NCBI RefSeq assembly: GCF_009914755.1
Contig: NC_060926.1
From: the human T2T-CHM13v2.0 reference genome, Homo sapiens
Length of the DNA: 64,000 nucleotides
Direction: 5' to 3' (one strand)
Part shown: piece by piece, positions 13,946-27,250 of the stretch
How positions within the stretch are numbered: position 1 is the first letter of the stretch
Layout: every line of letters begins with the position of its first letter
Program-made: the position numbers and the translations under genes
The notes under the pieces: generated by a model
Told to the model about the DNA's origin: nothing
Seen by the model: the letters and a program-made list of their open reading frames with translations, nothing else
The model's database searches: none

Positions 13946-14380
13946 TGATGTGGTTTGGATGTTTGTCTCCTCCAAATCTCATGTTGAGACATGATCCCTG
14001 GGGTTGGAGGTGGGGCCTGGTGGAAGGTGTTTGGATCATCAGTGGACCCCTTATAAATGGGTTTAGCCATCTCCTTGGTGATGAGTGAGCTCTTGCTCTG
14101 AGTTCACATGAGATCTGTGTAAAAGGGTGTATCCCCCAACACACACACACATTCCCCCTCCACCGCACTCTCTCTTGCTCCTGCTTTTACCAGGTGATAC
14201 CAAGCTCCCATTTTGCCTTCTGCTGTGAGTAAAATCCCCTGATGCCTCCCAAAAAGCTAAGCTATGTCAGCACCATCCTTGTACAGCCTGCAGAACCGTG
14301 AGCCAATTAAACCTCTTTTCTTTATAAATTACTTTGTCTCAGGTATTTCTTTATAGCAAAAGTAAGAACGGCCTAATCCA
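13946..14380 (+). mobile_element. MSTA-like MaLR solo LTR
   Basis: tgatgtggtttggatgtttgtc...aaacctcttttctttataaattac...ctaatcca; perfect 5-bp TSD TAGGT. Confidence 0.9.
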
Positions 14381-14777
14381 TAGGTTGTTTAGTAAATGAC
14401 ATCTATCATATTGGAACCCTTGTGAAATTTCCATTTTAACAACCCGTTTCATTGTAGTTACTGTAGATCTAGAGGGTCATGAACTTAGGAGCCAGGTGCT
14501 GCAGCAGCACTGTGGATGGCCGCCCCAAATCCACTCCCCATGCCACGCTTGATGGCGGAGTCCCGTGTCATTCAGGGAGCTTCCTCCAGACTACCGTGAG
14601 CCCAGGGAAGAGACATTTTCCCGCACAGGAGAGTCAGAGAGCACCCCTAATCATCCCGTCCTCCCACCGGTTTTTGGATTAGGCATCACCTCCAGATTCA
14701 GGTCTGGCTGGTGAGACAGGGAGAGATGTCTGCCAGGGGCTCTGGGAAAGACCTTTCTTGCTCTTAAAAAAGAGACA

Positions 14778-15178
14778 ACCAGGATAAACAAAATGTGGTA
14801 CATCGATGCAAGGAAATATCGTCTTCCATAAAATGGAATGGTACATGCTATACCATGGGTGAACTCGGAGACACGATGCTGAGTGAAAGAAGGCAGACAT
14901 GAAAGCCACGTGCTGTATGATTCCATTTCTATGCAATGTCCAGAAATGTCAAATCTAGACAGACAGAAGGCAAACTCGTGGTTTCTGGGGGCTTGGAGCT
15001 GGGAGAATGGGAGAGACTGCTTAATGAGTAAAGATGTCCTCTTGGGGTCATGAAAATTTCCTGGAACTAGAGAGTAGTGATGGTTGTACAATGTTGTAAA
15101 TGTGTTACATGCTATTGAATAGTATCTTTAAAATGGTTAAAATCGGGGATTTTGTATCATGTGTATTATATCACAATG
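14778..15178 (+). mobile_element. L1MB 3' end inserted into an old MLT1-type LTR (about 14500-15510)
   Basis: ggataaacaaaatgtggtacatc...tgtatgattccatttctatg...ttaaaatggttaaa L1MB 3' UTR. Confidence 0.8.
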
Positions 15179-15810
15179 GTGAGTGAGAGAGAGAGGACCA
15201 GGAAGGAGCAGTAGCTTTTCTGCTGCTCTGCAGGACGGTAGGAGAAGGTCATGCCAGGGCAGCCATTACAGCTGTTCTATGACCCTAGGGGACAGGCCTG
15301 AGCTCCAAGCCAGCAGCTGAGGGAGGCACAGCCCCGAGGCAGGGAGAGGCAAGAACTTGATGTCTGTCCTGAGCCTGCAACCACTCAATTCTGGAACATC
15401 TGACCTCTGGGTTTTTTGTTATGGAAGATTTGAAATGTGCCATGTAGAGGCAGAACTCCTTGGAGTAATGATTACCTCCTTTCAGACCACTATACGATTT
15501 CCTTTTCAACTAACTGCTGATCTTAGAAAATATGGTTTGCCAAGAAAAAATTTCATTGAATTCCCAAAGGGCAAGATCCATCTTTCCTGTCCCCTTGAGG
15601 AAACCTCTACCCAAACAGCAGAACCGAAGAGCAAATTTGATTCCTCCTCCGTTGCAGATATGATTACACTAATTTTGTTACGGATGAATGGCGGGAGCAC
15701 AGGATGTAGGAGCACAAAGGCCCTGGTGTATTTGGTTTGGGGGTTGGTTTCTTTTTCCCTGCAGTCTCCGGACTGTTTTTTTTTTTTTTTTTTTTAAGCT
15801 TCTTCAAGGG

Positions 15811-16140
15811 TATAAATACATCCTGCAGAAATCATGGAGTGAATGGCCCCCTTATGGCCCGAAAGAGTTCAGTGCGGTTGATTTGTTCCCAAGGTGGGGC
15901 ACAGACCCAAGGAGGATTCACTCCGGGATTTCTCAGCTTCCAGGGGTTGCTCGGCTGCCTTCATCTTGCTTCCACCTCTTCAACCATCCTGGTATTCACT
16001 CATCCCAAATAACATTGGTTTTATACATTTAAATTTGGAAATCAAAGTTAAGCCATGGCGTAGGGTCAGAATTTTTTTTACAAGAGGAAGGAAAAAGATC
16101 CGGTCCCACAAGAATTCACAGGAAATGGCTCTGGGTGAGT
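15811..16140 (+). promoter_or_regulatory. Candidate TATA promoter / alternative first exon ending at a GTGAGT donor
   Basis: TATAAATA at 15811; gaaATGGCTCTGG|GTGAGT at 16122-16140; repeat-free and relatively CpG-retaining. Confidence 0.3.
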
Positions 16141-16402
16141 GCTGAATCCCAGTGAGTGGGAAAAGAAAAGTGATGCCCGGCTGGGAGGAAACGCTGAGAG
16201 CAAAAAGGGGTCCCACCCCAGCCCACGAGTCTACCCACGACAGGTTGGGGACAGACTCCTTCACCCAGACAACGACGAGAGACCAGATGCCCCACGAAAC
16301 ACACATTTTTACCAGTTGCTGAGATTTCTGGCTGTTTTCTTTTCTTCTTTATATTTTTTTCTGGATCGGCCAATATTCCTCACAAGAAACATGTCTTATT
16401 TT

Positions 16403-16412
16403 CCAAATAAGG
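16403..16412 (+). promoter_or_regulatory. Consensus CArG box (SRF site) CCAAATAAGG
   Basis: Exact CC(A/T)6GG; CCAAT about 30 bp upstream. Confidence 0.4.
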
Positions 16413-17612
16413 ACATATTTACTTTTTGACCTTTTAAAGTTCACACCATCTACAAGGCAATGTGAAAATAAGTTTCTAAGCGTATTTGGGTAACAAGGGC
16501 AAGTTCTTTTACATCTTCTGAAATGTATTTTTACCTTTTTTTTTTAGCAGGTTTAAAAACGTCCAGTCTATACTGTGGGTGTGTTTCTCTGGGGTGCGTT
16601 CATAGTAGTGATGTTAGTCTCAAGATAGGAATTGGTTCATCTTAGAACCTCCGACAGTAGCTCACTGCCTAAAGCGTCTATCGAAATGGTTGTAAACATT
16701 CGCTTTCTCTAAACTGACAGTTTTCAGTCCATTGAATGTAATCCAAGGAAACTCATGATTTGGATTTTGATGTTGAAATAAAACCATAAATCTATTGGGT
16801 GGAGAAGGGGGAATGTGCCCTTTAATTTGGATCCAAGTACCTGAAATTCAAGGTATTTCCTTTGATAAATAACATCACAGCAATTCTGGGTGTGAAAAGG
16901 ACCCTTTTCAGCCACAAAGTAGAAGAGCAGAGCCACAGGATGATTTCATACCTGGAGAAGTGTGTTTAGCATTTGCTTTGCCAGAGAATCCCTTTTAAAT
17001 TTACTGTAAATAAAAATGCCAGCCACACCTTGCAGTAAAAACTCCCCCCAACTTTGCCTCCGCTCTTCGCTTTAGGAAAGAAAAAGTCCCTTTATGTCTG
17101 CCAAGTATTTTAAGTTTCCTTTAAAACTTTAAAATGTGTACACGTTCATTGATGTCCAAAGACTTTATTCCATGTGAAGAAAGCACTTTTCATATAGAAA
17201 AAAACTAACCAAAGGATAAGGGTGATGACAAAGGTTAAATCTAAGATGGGCAGCAAGAGTGGACTTCCTCTGTCATCTCCTCCCAGGATAGTGGCAGCAG
17301 GGAACCATGCAATCCCAGCTATCCACCTAGAATAACTTTAATTAACTCTGTGTATGTGTGTCTGTGTGTGTGTATGTAAAACCTTTTTTAGTTGTTGATT
17401 TCAACAGCTGTTGATTTCAAACCTAAAAGTCTTGCTGCCCCACCTTCCACCATTAACTCTCCCCACGTGCTGTGTCTTCATGGACTCTGTTTCTGAAGGA
17501 GAAGGAGATGCTGTTCCCACCCCAGGTACAGCCAAGTGGGCTGTTTCTGTCAGGAGCTTTCTCACCTGTCTCAGCCATACTGTTGGGTGGGAACTGTGAA
17601 GTCTGTTAACCT

Positions 17613-18400
17613 TGGTAGTGGGTTGAATTTTGTCCCCCAGTAAGATCCGTCCAGGTCCTAGTTCCCAGAATCTGTGAACGTGACCTTATTTGGAAAAAGT
17701 GTCTGCAGCTGTCATGAAGGATCCCAAGATGAGCTCAACCTGAATTTAGGGTGGGTCCTAAATCCAGTGACTGGTGTCCTTATTAGAAAAAGGACAGGGA
17801 GATTTGAGACACAGAGACAGAGGAGAAACATGAGGGAGAAGGGAATGTGAAGACAAAGGCAGGGACTGGAGTGACATGTCTGCAAGCCGAGCACTGGCTG
17901 CAGACACCAGAAGCCAGGAGAGGCCTGGAACAGACTCTCCCTCGGGTCCTTCAGAAGGAACCAGCCCTGCGTGAGCCTTGATTTGGGATTCATGACCTCC
18001 AGAACTGTGGGATAATAAATTTCTGTTGTTTTAAGCCATCATGTTTGTGATACCATCAATGACAGATCACATATATGATAGTGGTCGTATAAGATTATAA
18101 TAGCAGGTTCTTACTGTACCTTTTCCATGTTTAGATATGTTTAGATACACAGACACTTCCCATCATGTTACAGTTGCCTGCAGTACCCAGTAGAGCCACA
18201 TGCTGTACGGGTTTGTAGTCTAGAAGCAACAGGCTATGCCACATAGCCTAGGTGTGTAGAAGGCTATGCCATCTAGATATTCTATGATGTTCACACAACA
18301 ATGAAATCATTTAACGTTCATCACATTTCTCAAACCATTCCCCTGTTGTTAAGCAATGCAGGGCTGTAACTTGTTATGGCAGCTCTAGGAAATTAACAGG
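17613..18400 (+). mobile_element. MLT1B/C MaLR solo LTR with nested Tigger3a
   Basis: gggttgaattttgtcccc...gtgaccttatttggaaa...ctccagaactgtg...aataaatttctgttgttttaagcc | insert | ttgttatggcagctctaggaaa. Confidence 0.85.
18053..18366 (+). mobile_element. Tigger3a (MER7A/Golem) MITE
   Basis: ataagattataata...tactgtaccttttccatgtttagatatgtttagatacac...tagcctaggtgtgtag; inserted at TA. Confidence 0.85.
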
Positions 18401-18972
18401 ATCCTGATCTAGGACCTAGTGGTTCAGCCCAAATCCCCAAACTCTGGGTTATTCCACTTTCTTTTAGCTGCCAACTCCACCTACAACCCACCTCCTCACC
18501 CTGGCCCCCAACTGTCTACACCTCTTCTGATTGGCTCCTTCTACCAGCAATTCTTGACCCTGGCTGCACATCAGAATTACAGAAAGTTTTAAAACAATAC
18601 TGAGGCCAGGATTTCACCAAAGACCAACTTAAAAAGACCATCCGGGGGCAGCAGCTGAGTCGTGAGCATGATGGTAATTGTACAGTGGGAGTAAAAGAAC
18701 CTGCACCAACCCCAGAGCCTCCCTGACGTTCACCCTCCTCCCTTCCCACATGCTGCCTACAGAGGTCTCTTCCACGGCCACACTGATGACAGCTCTCTGC
18801 ACCCATGGGCTTCAAATTCAAGGTTGCATAACAATTTCCTGGGAAATTTGTAAAAGTGCAAATTCCCTAGGCCCTACCTACAAAGACCCTGATTCTATAA
18901 ATCTGGTAGGCCAGAATATGAGTTTGAACAATCCTAAAATGTGTTGCACAGTGGAATTACCTGGGGAACTTA

Positions 18973-19330
<358 letters not shown>

Positions 19331-20129
19331 TGTCCGAACCACACCCCAGATCAACTGAATCAAAAACTTTCAGGGCAAGCACTCAGGCATCAGAATTTTT
19401 TAAATGTTCAAGCTGATTCCAATGTGCAACCAAGCTTGAGATCCGTTGTTTCAAGAAATGCTTACTGTATGCCAGCTACAATGGTGAGTAAAATAGATGC
19501 TTCGTGCCCTTCTTGAGTATGTAGTCTGGTAGGGCAGCCAGATAATTTAATTATTTAAATATACAAATAAATAGACGTTTCGAAAGTATGAAGTGTGCTG
19601 TGGTGGAAAGAACGAGGTACTAGGACTGATGTGGGTTGGGGACACCCACATGAGCAGGAAGGAGCTACAGAGAACAAGCTGAGTTCTCTCGAGAACCAGC
19701 CACAAGCCTTCTCCAGCCATGCCAAAGCACATCCCTCCACATGCCTCCCAGAGCTCAACTCTATGCCCAATGGTACAATTCCTGCCCATGCTACGCATCT
19801 GAGCTTCACAAAAGGAAATGGATTCCACGAGCTGTGAGCTGGAGAAAACATTGCTTTAAAAATTAGATTTCAATGCTAGTAATTATTTTTTCCAATCTGG
19901 GAAGTTTTCTACCCTATTTAAAACTTGGCCTTTTCAGCATTGTATCCCCTGCATCTAAACCTCATGCCTGGCTCACTGTGAGTTCTCCAGAAACGCAGTT
20001 CAGCTGGAATTCCACATCTTTTCAGTTCCTGGCAAATGAGACCTAAAAGAGTAATGGAAAGCGGCACCCTGGGAAGGTTGTTGATGCTCAATCTGTGTGC
20101 TCTTATGCATACGAAGGACACGCAGATGC

Positions 20130-21010
20130 CTTCAACACAGTATATTCCAAACCAAACTATCATAGTTTAATCAACTCTCTGCACACCTGTCCTTTCCAAC
20201 CCAATTCACTTCCCCAAGTCAGGCTTCTCTCATACAGTAGCCATTGATTTAACCCTTCCAATGCTCTCACTTGCTCCCTCTCCTCCATACTTATTATGAG
20301 GCTGCCTGTCCCCTCCAGGAAGTCACATCTCTCCTGTCCCTCCCTGACCATGCAGTGTCTCTGAAACCCTTCGGTGGATCCCCATCACCCATAACACAAA
20401 ACCAAACAACTTTCACTTGACACACAGAACCCTCCATAATGCAGCCACTGGCTATCTTTTTTAACTTTATTGCTTGCTACCTTGGTTAACCATCTATCCC
20501 AGTTGGCCTGGGACTAAGGAGATGGCCAGGATGTGAGACTTTCAGTGCTAAAACTAAGAAAGTCTGAGGCAAACTGACACAAGTTGCTTTTGACTCCAGC
20601 GCAGCTCCCTACACACCCTCAGCTATTTCCCCACCCACAGTGTTGTTTTGTGCTGTCCATTCTGCCCAGATCCTTTCTGTCATCCAGCCTTTTACTGGGC
20701 TAATTCTCATTTATGCTCCTAGACTGGGCTGAGGAGGTGCCTGAGGCTGGACACCTCTCTTGCCTTTATGCTGGCAGACCCATGGGCGAGCTCAGGGCCT
20801 CTCCTCTGTCCCCGTAGAGCACTTGGGATGCGACTATCACAGCCAGGTCACTGCATTGAACATTTCTCCTTGTGTGTCTGCCTCTCACACAGGATGGTAA
20901 GCTCTCAAGGCCGGGACCTGTGTCTTACTCCTCTTGTATCCGCAGAGTTCAGCCCAACACCAGGCACGTAGGAGGAGGTTAATCAATGATTGATGGAATC
21001 AGTTATTCAG
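20130..21010 (+). mobile_element. L2 LINE fragments
   Basis: ccaaaccaaact...tcacatctctcctg...gtaagctctcaaggccggga...ggcacgtaggaggaggttaatcaatg. Confidence 0.6.
20484..20588 (+). mobile_element. MER94 (hAT-Blackjack)
   Basis: cccagttggcctgggact...gactttcagtgctaaaact...ggcaaactg matches MER94. Confidence 0.7.
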
Positions 21011-21659
21011 GAACCCCAAGCATAATCCTTTGTGGGAAAAAATGTCATTGCTAATTTAGGAATCAATCCTAATCCTAATCAGTCCTTTAGCCATTTTGAA
21101 TACAGGTACCTTCCAGTTTAGCTTTTCAGATGCAGTTTCCATGAGGAAACTGACCCAGAATTGACCAATAGCCCTGGAATAACTTCTGTGTCATCAGACG
21201 ACAATGATTAATTTTGGAAATGTGTTACCAGATACTTAATTTACTGCAAGTTCATTTTGGAAATGAGATATTTAACAAAATATGCTTTAAATTTGACCAT
21301 AATAACACATTCTTGTCATTCTACAGGGATTACTATAAGCTTAAATGATGTAATAAATTTAAAGGTGCTTCAAAACATTTCAGCACTGATATGAACATAA
21401 TACATTACTATGAAGGTCATTTTTATCTTCATGATTAATGTGGTGTGGTCTCCTGATACATCCCACAGAAAACTGAGAATCTGAGGAAGTAGAAAATGGA
21501 TATAGTTTTGCCATTTATTAGCATGTGGCTCAGGCAAGTAATGTCACTGTTCTGAGGCTCCATTTCTATCAAAAACAAATGAGGACCATAATATCTACCA
21601 CATAGGGCCAAAATCAATGAGCTAATGTACGAAGAAAGCCTAGAGTTCCAAAGGAGAAT

Positions 21660-22410
21660 GGCGTTGGTGATGATGGTAGTGTTGGACAGAGATGGTGTTG
21701 ATATGATTGTGATGGTGATGGTGACGGTAATGACGATGGTGTTGATGATAGTGATGGTGATGATAGTGTTGGTGATGAAGATGGTGTTGGAATGGGGATG
21801 GTGTTGGTGGTGGTGATAGTGATCGAGTTGGAATAGTGGTGGGGTTAGGATAGTGATAGTGTTGAGATGAGGACAGTGTTGGTGATGGTAGTGATGGTGA
21901 TGATAGTGTCGGAATGGGGATGGTGTTGGTGGTGGTGATAGTGATTGAGTTGGAATAGTGGTGGGGTTAGGATAGTGATAGTGTTGAGATGAGGGCAGTG
22001 TTGGTGATGGTAGTGATGGTGATGATAGTGTTGGAATGGGGATGGTGTTGGTGGTGGTGATAGTGATTGAGTTGGAATAGTGGTGGGGTTAGGATAGTGA
22101 TAGTGTTGAGATGAGGGCAGTGTTGGTGATGGTATTGATGATGGTGATGATAGTGTTGGAATGGGGATGATTATGGTGATTATGATAGTGTCAGTGATGG
22201 GGATGGTGTTGGAGATGATGATGGTGACGATGATGGTGATAAGATGGGGATGGGGATGGTGATAATGAAGGTGCTGGGATGGGAATGGTGATGGTGATGG
22301 GGGTGTTGGGTAATGGGAATGGTATTGGTTATTATGACAGTGGTGATAATGATGGTGATGATGATGGTTCTGGTGATGATGTTGTTTATGGTGATGGTGT
22401 TAGGATGGTG
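21660..22410 (+). repeat. (GAT/GGT)n low-complexity tract containing a 122-bp VNTR (about 3.1 copies, 21785-22170)
   Basis: gagttggaatagtggtggggttagg recurs at 21825, 21947 and 22069 (period 122). Confidence 0.92.
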
Positions 22411-23611
22411 CGTTTGAAAGCTGACAGAGTGAAGTGCCATAACTTGGCTTAGTGCGTTGCTCACAAGGAAAGCATTTAGTAAATTTCTTTTGACTGAATG
22501 AGTGGAATAAGTGGCTTTGGGAGGCCTTTTACTCTACTACACTTTGTCTCAATATTAAATTCAGCAGCCAATGATATCAGAACCCAAACTGTATTTACAT
22601 AAATGTGAAGGAGAGACTGGCTTTCTGGGGACTGACATTTTTGCTTGATACTGATTAACTTATATATTTCAACTGAAATCTGGTTTCAAATGTTTGAGAT
22701 TTTGAATGTTTTGCCTTCTCTTTTTTCCTTTGCCCACGTATGATCTCAGTTTGCTTTGTGACCCCTGTTGAGCAACGCAGAGGACTTTCCAGCTGTGGCC
22801 TAGGGCCGATGCTCTAGTCCCTCCGTGCCTGACTGCACTTGAATGTAAGACAGAGCTGATCATGAAGAATACTCTCCTTTCCCGTAAGCACCACTTTGGA
22901 GCAATGACTAGAAGAAAGGTCCAAGCTCAGCTCTAAAATTAAAATTAGCCATGTTTCATCAAATGTAGACTTTGGCAAAGAAACCATTTCTGCCTCATAG
23001 TTAAACTCTGAGTGTAAACAAAGAAGTCACCAAAGACATGTGACTCCTTCTTGGCCAGACAATAGGGGTCACTGCCCATGTCTCTGAGTCAGAGGTAGTA
23101 TCCATTCCTCCGCCAGCTGGTTCTTCCCAACCAAACACCCACACTGCAACTTAATGATTAGCCATTATTCTTTCTTTCCTCCTCCTCTAACCAGCCCTCC
23201 GTAGCAATGTCCAGGCTCATTCCACAGATGTTTGTGTGAGAACAGATCTATGTTAAATCCAGATGAGAAAAATGCCTGAAAAGGAGGAAATGATTTAGTT
23301 TAACAACAGAGGACTTAAGTGCAAGCAGATTGACATTAGTTTGTGCCTAGAAATTATGACACATCTGCAATCCCACAGAGGAATTGTGCTAAATGGGCCC
23401 ACACAGCAGGAGCACTGGCCTGAAAAACAGCCTCATAACATGGAATCTGCTCCCAGATACAGAATAAGTTATGTGTTTTTTTAAGAATGCGATCTCGTTG
23501 CACACATAGAAGCATTTGTGTTATCAACTCACTTCCTCAAAAATGCTTGTTATTGGCATAATTTAAATTAAGACCATCAAAATAAGCTCCAGAAAGAGCA
23601 CAGTGTTGTAA

Positions 23612-23950
<339 letters not shown>

Positions 23951-25154
23951 AGAATTCTTCCTTAAGGACCAGAGATATCATAACCAAAGTTACTTACTGA
24001 GAAGTGCATCCTCGACTTCAGAAGTGATTTTAGTTTTGATTTTTGGTTACATCTGTCATCTGTTCATTCATTCACTCATGAATTATTTCTCGATCACTTG
24101 CTAAGTGCCAGGCTGCATGCTGTTCTACTCACAGTATAATTCTTCTTTAAGCATTTATTACATTCTAAAAGAAATTTCCTGCAAAAAAAAAAAAAAACTA
24201 TAATATGTGATTAAGTTCAAGTTGCTATCTCTAAGTCTTATTAAGCAAAGCTATAGTATAAACTACAGAAAGATCTATGACCCTCTTCACTTGTCTAGTT
24301 AATGACATTAAGTTTGACTATGAGAAAATATTTATTTCCTTTAGTGTAAAAATGTATATCATTTCCTAAAGTGGAGACCATTTTTAGAAGCATTAACAGT
24401 CCAGACGTGTTTGGACATTAGCACCATTTTATTTTGCCTGTCAAAATAAAGATTTTATCCCAGCTGTTTTCCTCTTTCCAAACATGTCTTTCCACATGAT
24501 CTGGGCTGAATTGTGTCTGAGAAGTATAAGTGAAAAACTCACAAATCACTGTGAATCTAAGATCCAAATATGTCATCTTAATTCTGGTAACTTACTCTCT
24601 TGAGACTTTGTATGAAGGTGACAATTTCTCAGAGAAAATATCCCCTACCTTAGAAATGAAGGCTATCGGGGTGTCAATCACTGAAACATGACTGAAAACA
24701 GCAACGCAAAGAGATTTTTAACTCCTGAATTGTCACGTGTCTGGAGCAGATGTGCCAGAACTGGTGCACACATACATTGCTGGTGGTCCTGGACATTGAT
24801 GCGATCCTTTGGGAACACCATTCACATTTCACAAGTCACAAAAGTCTTACTTCGTGTTGGATCAGTAATCTCAGTCCTGGGAAAATGCCTTTGGAAACAG
24901 CATCTTTAGTGTTGGAAGCAATATTGTCACAAAGATATGTAATCCAGACAGCAGCCAAGGCATTGCTGCTGCTTGAGGAGATCTGATTAGCATTCATTGA
25001 GCTCTTCAGTTCCACCACAGCCTTGCCAGGACTTTGTGCATTTTAAGGAGACGCAGCTTCTCCTGGTCACCTCAGTCCTCAGGCTCTTGCTTCTGCACAC
25101 ATTGACTTCACTGCCATCATGTCCACTATGAAAGGAAACTCAGTGTCTTCGTTG

Positions 25155-25263
25155 ACACATACACCTACACACCTGTGCACACGCACCTATGCTCAGACAC
25201 CTTTCCAAGCTCACACACCTGTGCTCACACACACACACCTGTGCTCACACACACACGCCTGTG

Positions 25264-25300
<37 letters not shown>
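25155..25300 (+). repeat. Compound CA-rich microsatellite
   Basis: Repeated cacacacctgtgctc units followed by (CA)n. Confidence 0.85.
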
Positions 25301-25302
<2 letters not shown>

Positions 25303-25829
25303 TTCCAAGCATTCATGAGTGCCGCAGCCACCACAGAAGACTGGCATGGGTGAAAGGAGGCAACGTGAAGAGGGATCCGCAACACAGCAACATGACCAAC
25401 TCTGCACTGGTCATTGGGCATCTTTCCTTTTTAAAAATATCCTTTGACCACTCACCAGAACACTGAAGAATTTCCACTCAATCCTTTCATTGTGGATTTC
25501 TTTTTTCTTTTTTTTTTTTTTTGTCCTTTCCTATCTTGCTCCCTCAACCCTTTCCACCTCCTCCCACTCTGGAAACACTTCTCACATTACTCCAGGACTC
25601 ACTACCCTGGCAACCACATTCTGCCCCTGGTCCTCCTCTCCACCCCCATCCCGGCATGGGGCTCATCGAGGCGCAAGGCACTTCCATTGATGGGACCCAC
25701 CTGAAAGCAGCAGTGGTCATAGGGGAAATATATGCTTCCTCTACGACTATCCTATGGACCACTGCTTGTAATTGTGAAATATTGCAAACAAGCCAAATAA
25801 TCAACAATGCAAATATTTAAAAAGGAATT

Positions 25830-26128
25830 ATGCTAGTGGATGCCTAGGGCTGAGGGGAATAGGACAGCTGGAGGTGATAACTAAGGAGTATGGCTTCTCT
25901 TGGAGTGATGAAAATGTTCTGATATTGTGGTGATAGTTGCACAACTCCGTGATTATCCTAAAAACCACTGAAGTGCATACTTTAAATGGGTGAATTATAT
26001 GGCATGTCAATTATATCTCAACAGTTGCAGTGAGCCGGGATCACGCCACTGCGCTCCAGCCCAGGTCACAGAGGCAGGCCTTGTCTCAAAATAACATTAT
26101 ACCTCAATAAGGCTGTTACCAAAAATAC
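25830..26128 (+). mobile_element. L1M 3' end containing a 5'-truncated Alu (26023-26095)
   Basis: ggagtgatgaaaatgttct...ttgcacaact L1 end; ~70-bp Alu 3' piece flanked by TSD attatatctcaa/attatacctcaa. Confidence 0.85.
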
Positions 26129-26519
26129 TTATGCTATATTCTCATGATGAAATATTACACAACAAATAAAGTGTGGAATTGTGACGATCCTGTCTATCTC
26201 CCCCCTCATGGTGGTCTGTGCTTTGATCTGCATGTTTGGGTCTTGCCTTTCCTATTTAACACCTGGCTTCTACACTTACCCCTTCATCTTTTGGACTCAG
26301 CTTCTGTTACCACTTCTTCTGTCATTGGATCCCACTCTTGGCTTTCGCAATGACTTCTGCACTGAAATACTTGGTCTTGAAATCTATGAATATTTGGATT
26401 TGGTTTCTGTTCTGGACCATTTTTTTGACTTGTGCAACCAACTTAAACATCAGCTTTCCATAAGAGCCACGCTGCATCCCACCATCATCTCTAGGAAGCA
26501 TCCCTGTCCCACCCACAAC

Positions 26520-26768
26520 CAGGTTAGGGCAAGCCCAGACAGGTGCTCAGGGCACAGCATTTAAGGAGGTGCTCACTCCCAGGCCCTTACAAATGTAGGC
26601 TCAGCTCTGAGAGTGAATGCTTCCTTAAGAGAGGCTTTCAGGTTGGAAAAATTTAAAGAGGCACTCACTCTCAGGAGCAGATCTTGCATTTGTGAGAGCC
26701 TAAGAGTGAGTGCTTCCTTAAATGTTGTGCCCAGAGTGCCTCCCTTGACTCACCTGGTCCCTGCCCTG
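26520..26768. mobile_element. Two MER96 (hAT-Tip100) palindromic cores in opposite orientation
   Basis: atttaaggagg..ctcactc..gagagtgaatgcttccttaa appears twice; ends cacctggtccctgccctg. Confidence 0.7.
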
Positions 26769-27250
26769 CTGACACCAGGTAACCCAGAGGTGATAAAATC
26801 AGACACTAGACTAGCAGGGTGTGTGTTTGTGCTCAATTAATGATTTTTATTTCTTCATTAACTTTGTCATAATAGTTTTTCCAGCTAATATTTAACAAGT
26901 AACAATTATGCCCAATAAGTTTCACTTTTCTTTTCAAGACTCCAAATTTAATTCTAGTCCATTGAGCAAAATTCACCTGGAGGCCATAGGAACAGAGTAT
27001 GCTCAGCAGCACACACATTCCGTTTTCCCTGTAATAAACATTCAAGAAGCAGGTAGGATCCTCAGGGCATTCCTTAAGAGTGTGCCTCTCCTGCTGGGGC
27101 CGTTGGAGAAATATTGAAATGCCTTCCTGCACCCCCGCCATAATCACAAAAACTGAATTCACCTATACTTTATACCAGGAAATGAACTCACTTCCTTTGG
27201 GGGAACAGTCTCTGTTCCATTCTGCATGGTTCTGGTGTCATTTGCTATGT

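Noticed and set aside
15520-17240. CpG island or named gene promoter
   Set aside because: CpGs are only modestly retained and GC is not island-like; I do not recognise the gene, so no symbol is given.
21625-22464. Met/Val-rich and His/Ile/Thr-rich ORFs
   Set aside because: By-products of the GAT/GGT low-complexity tract.
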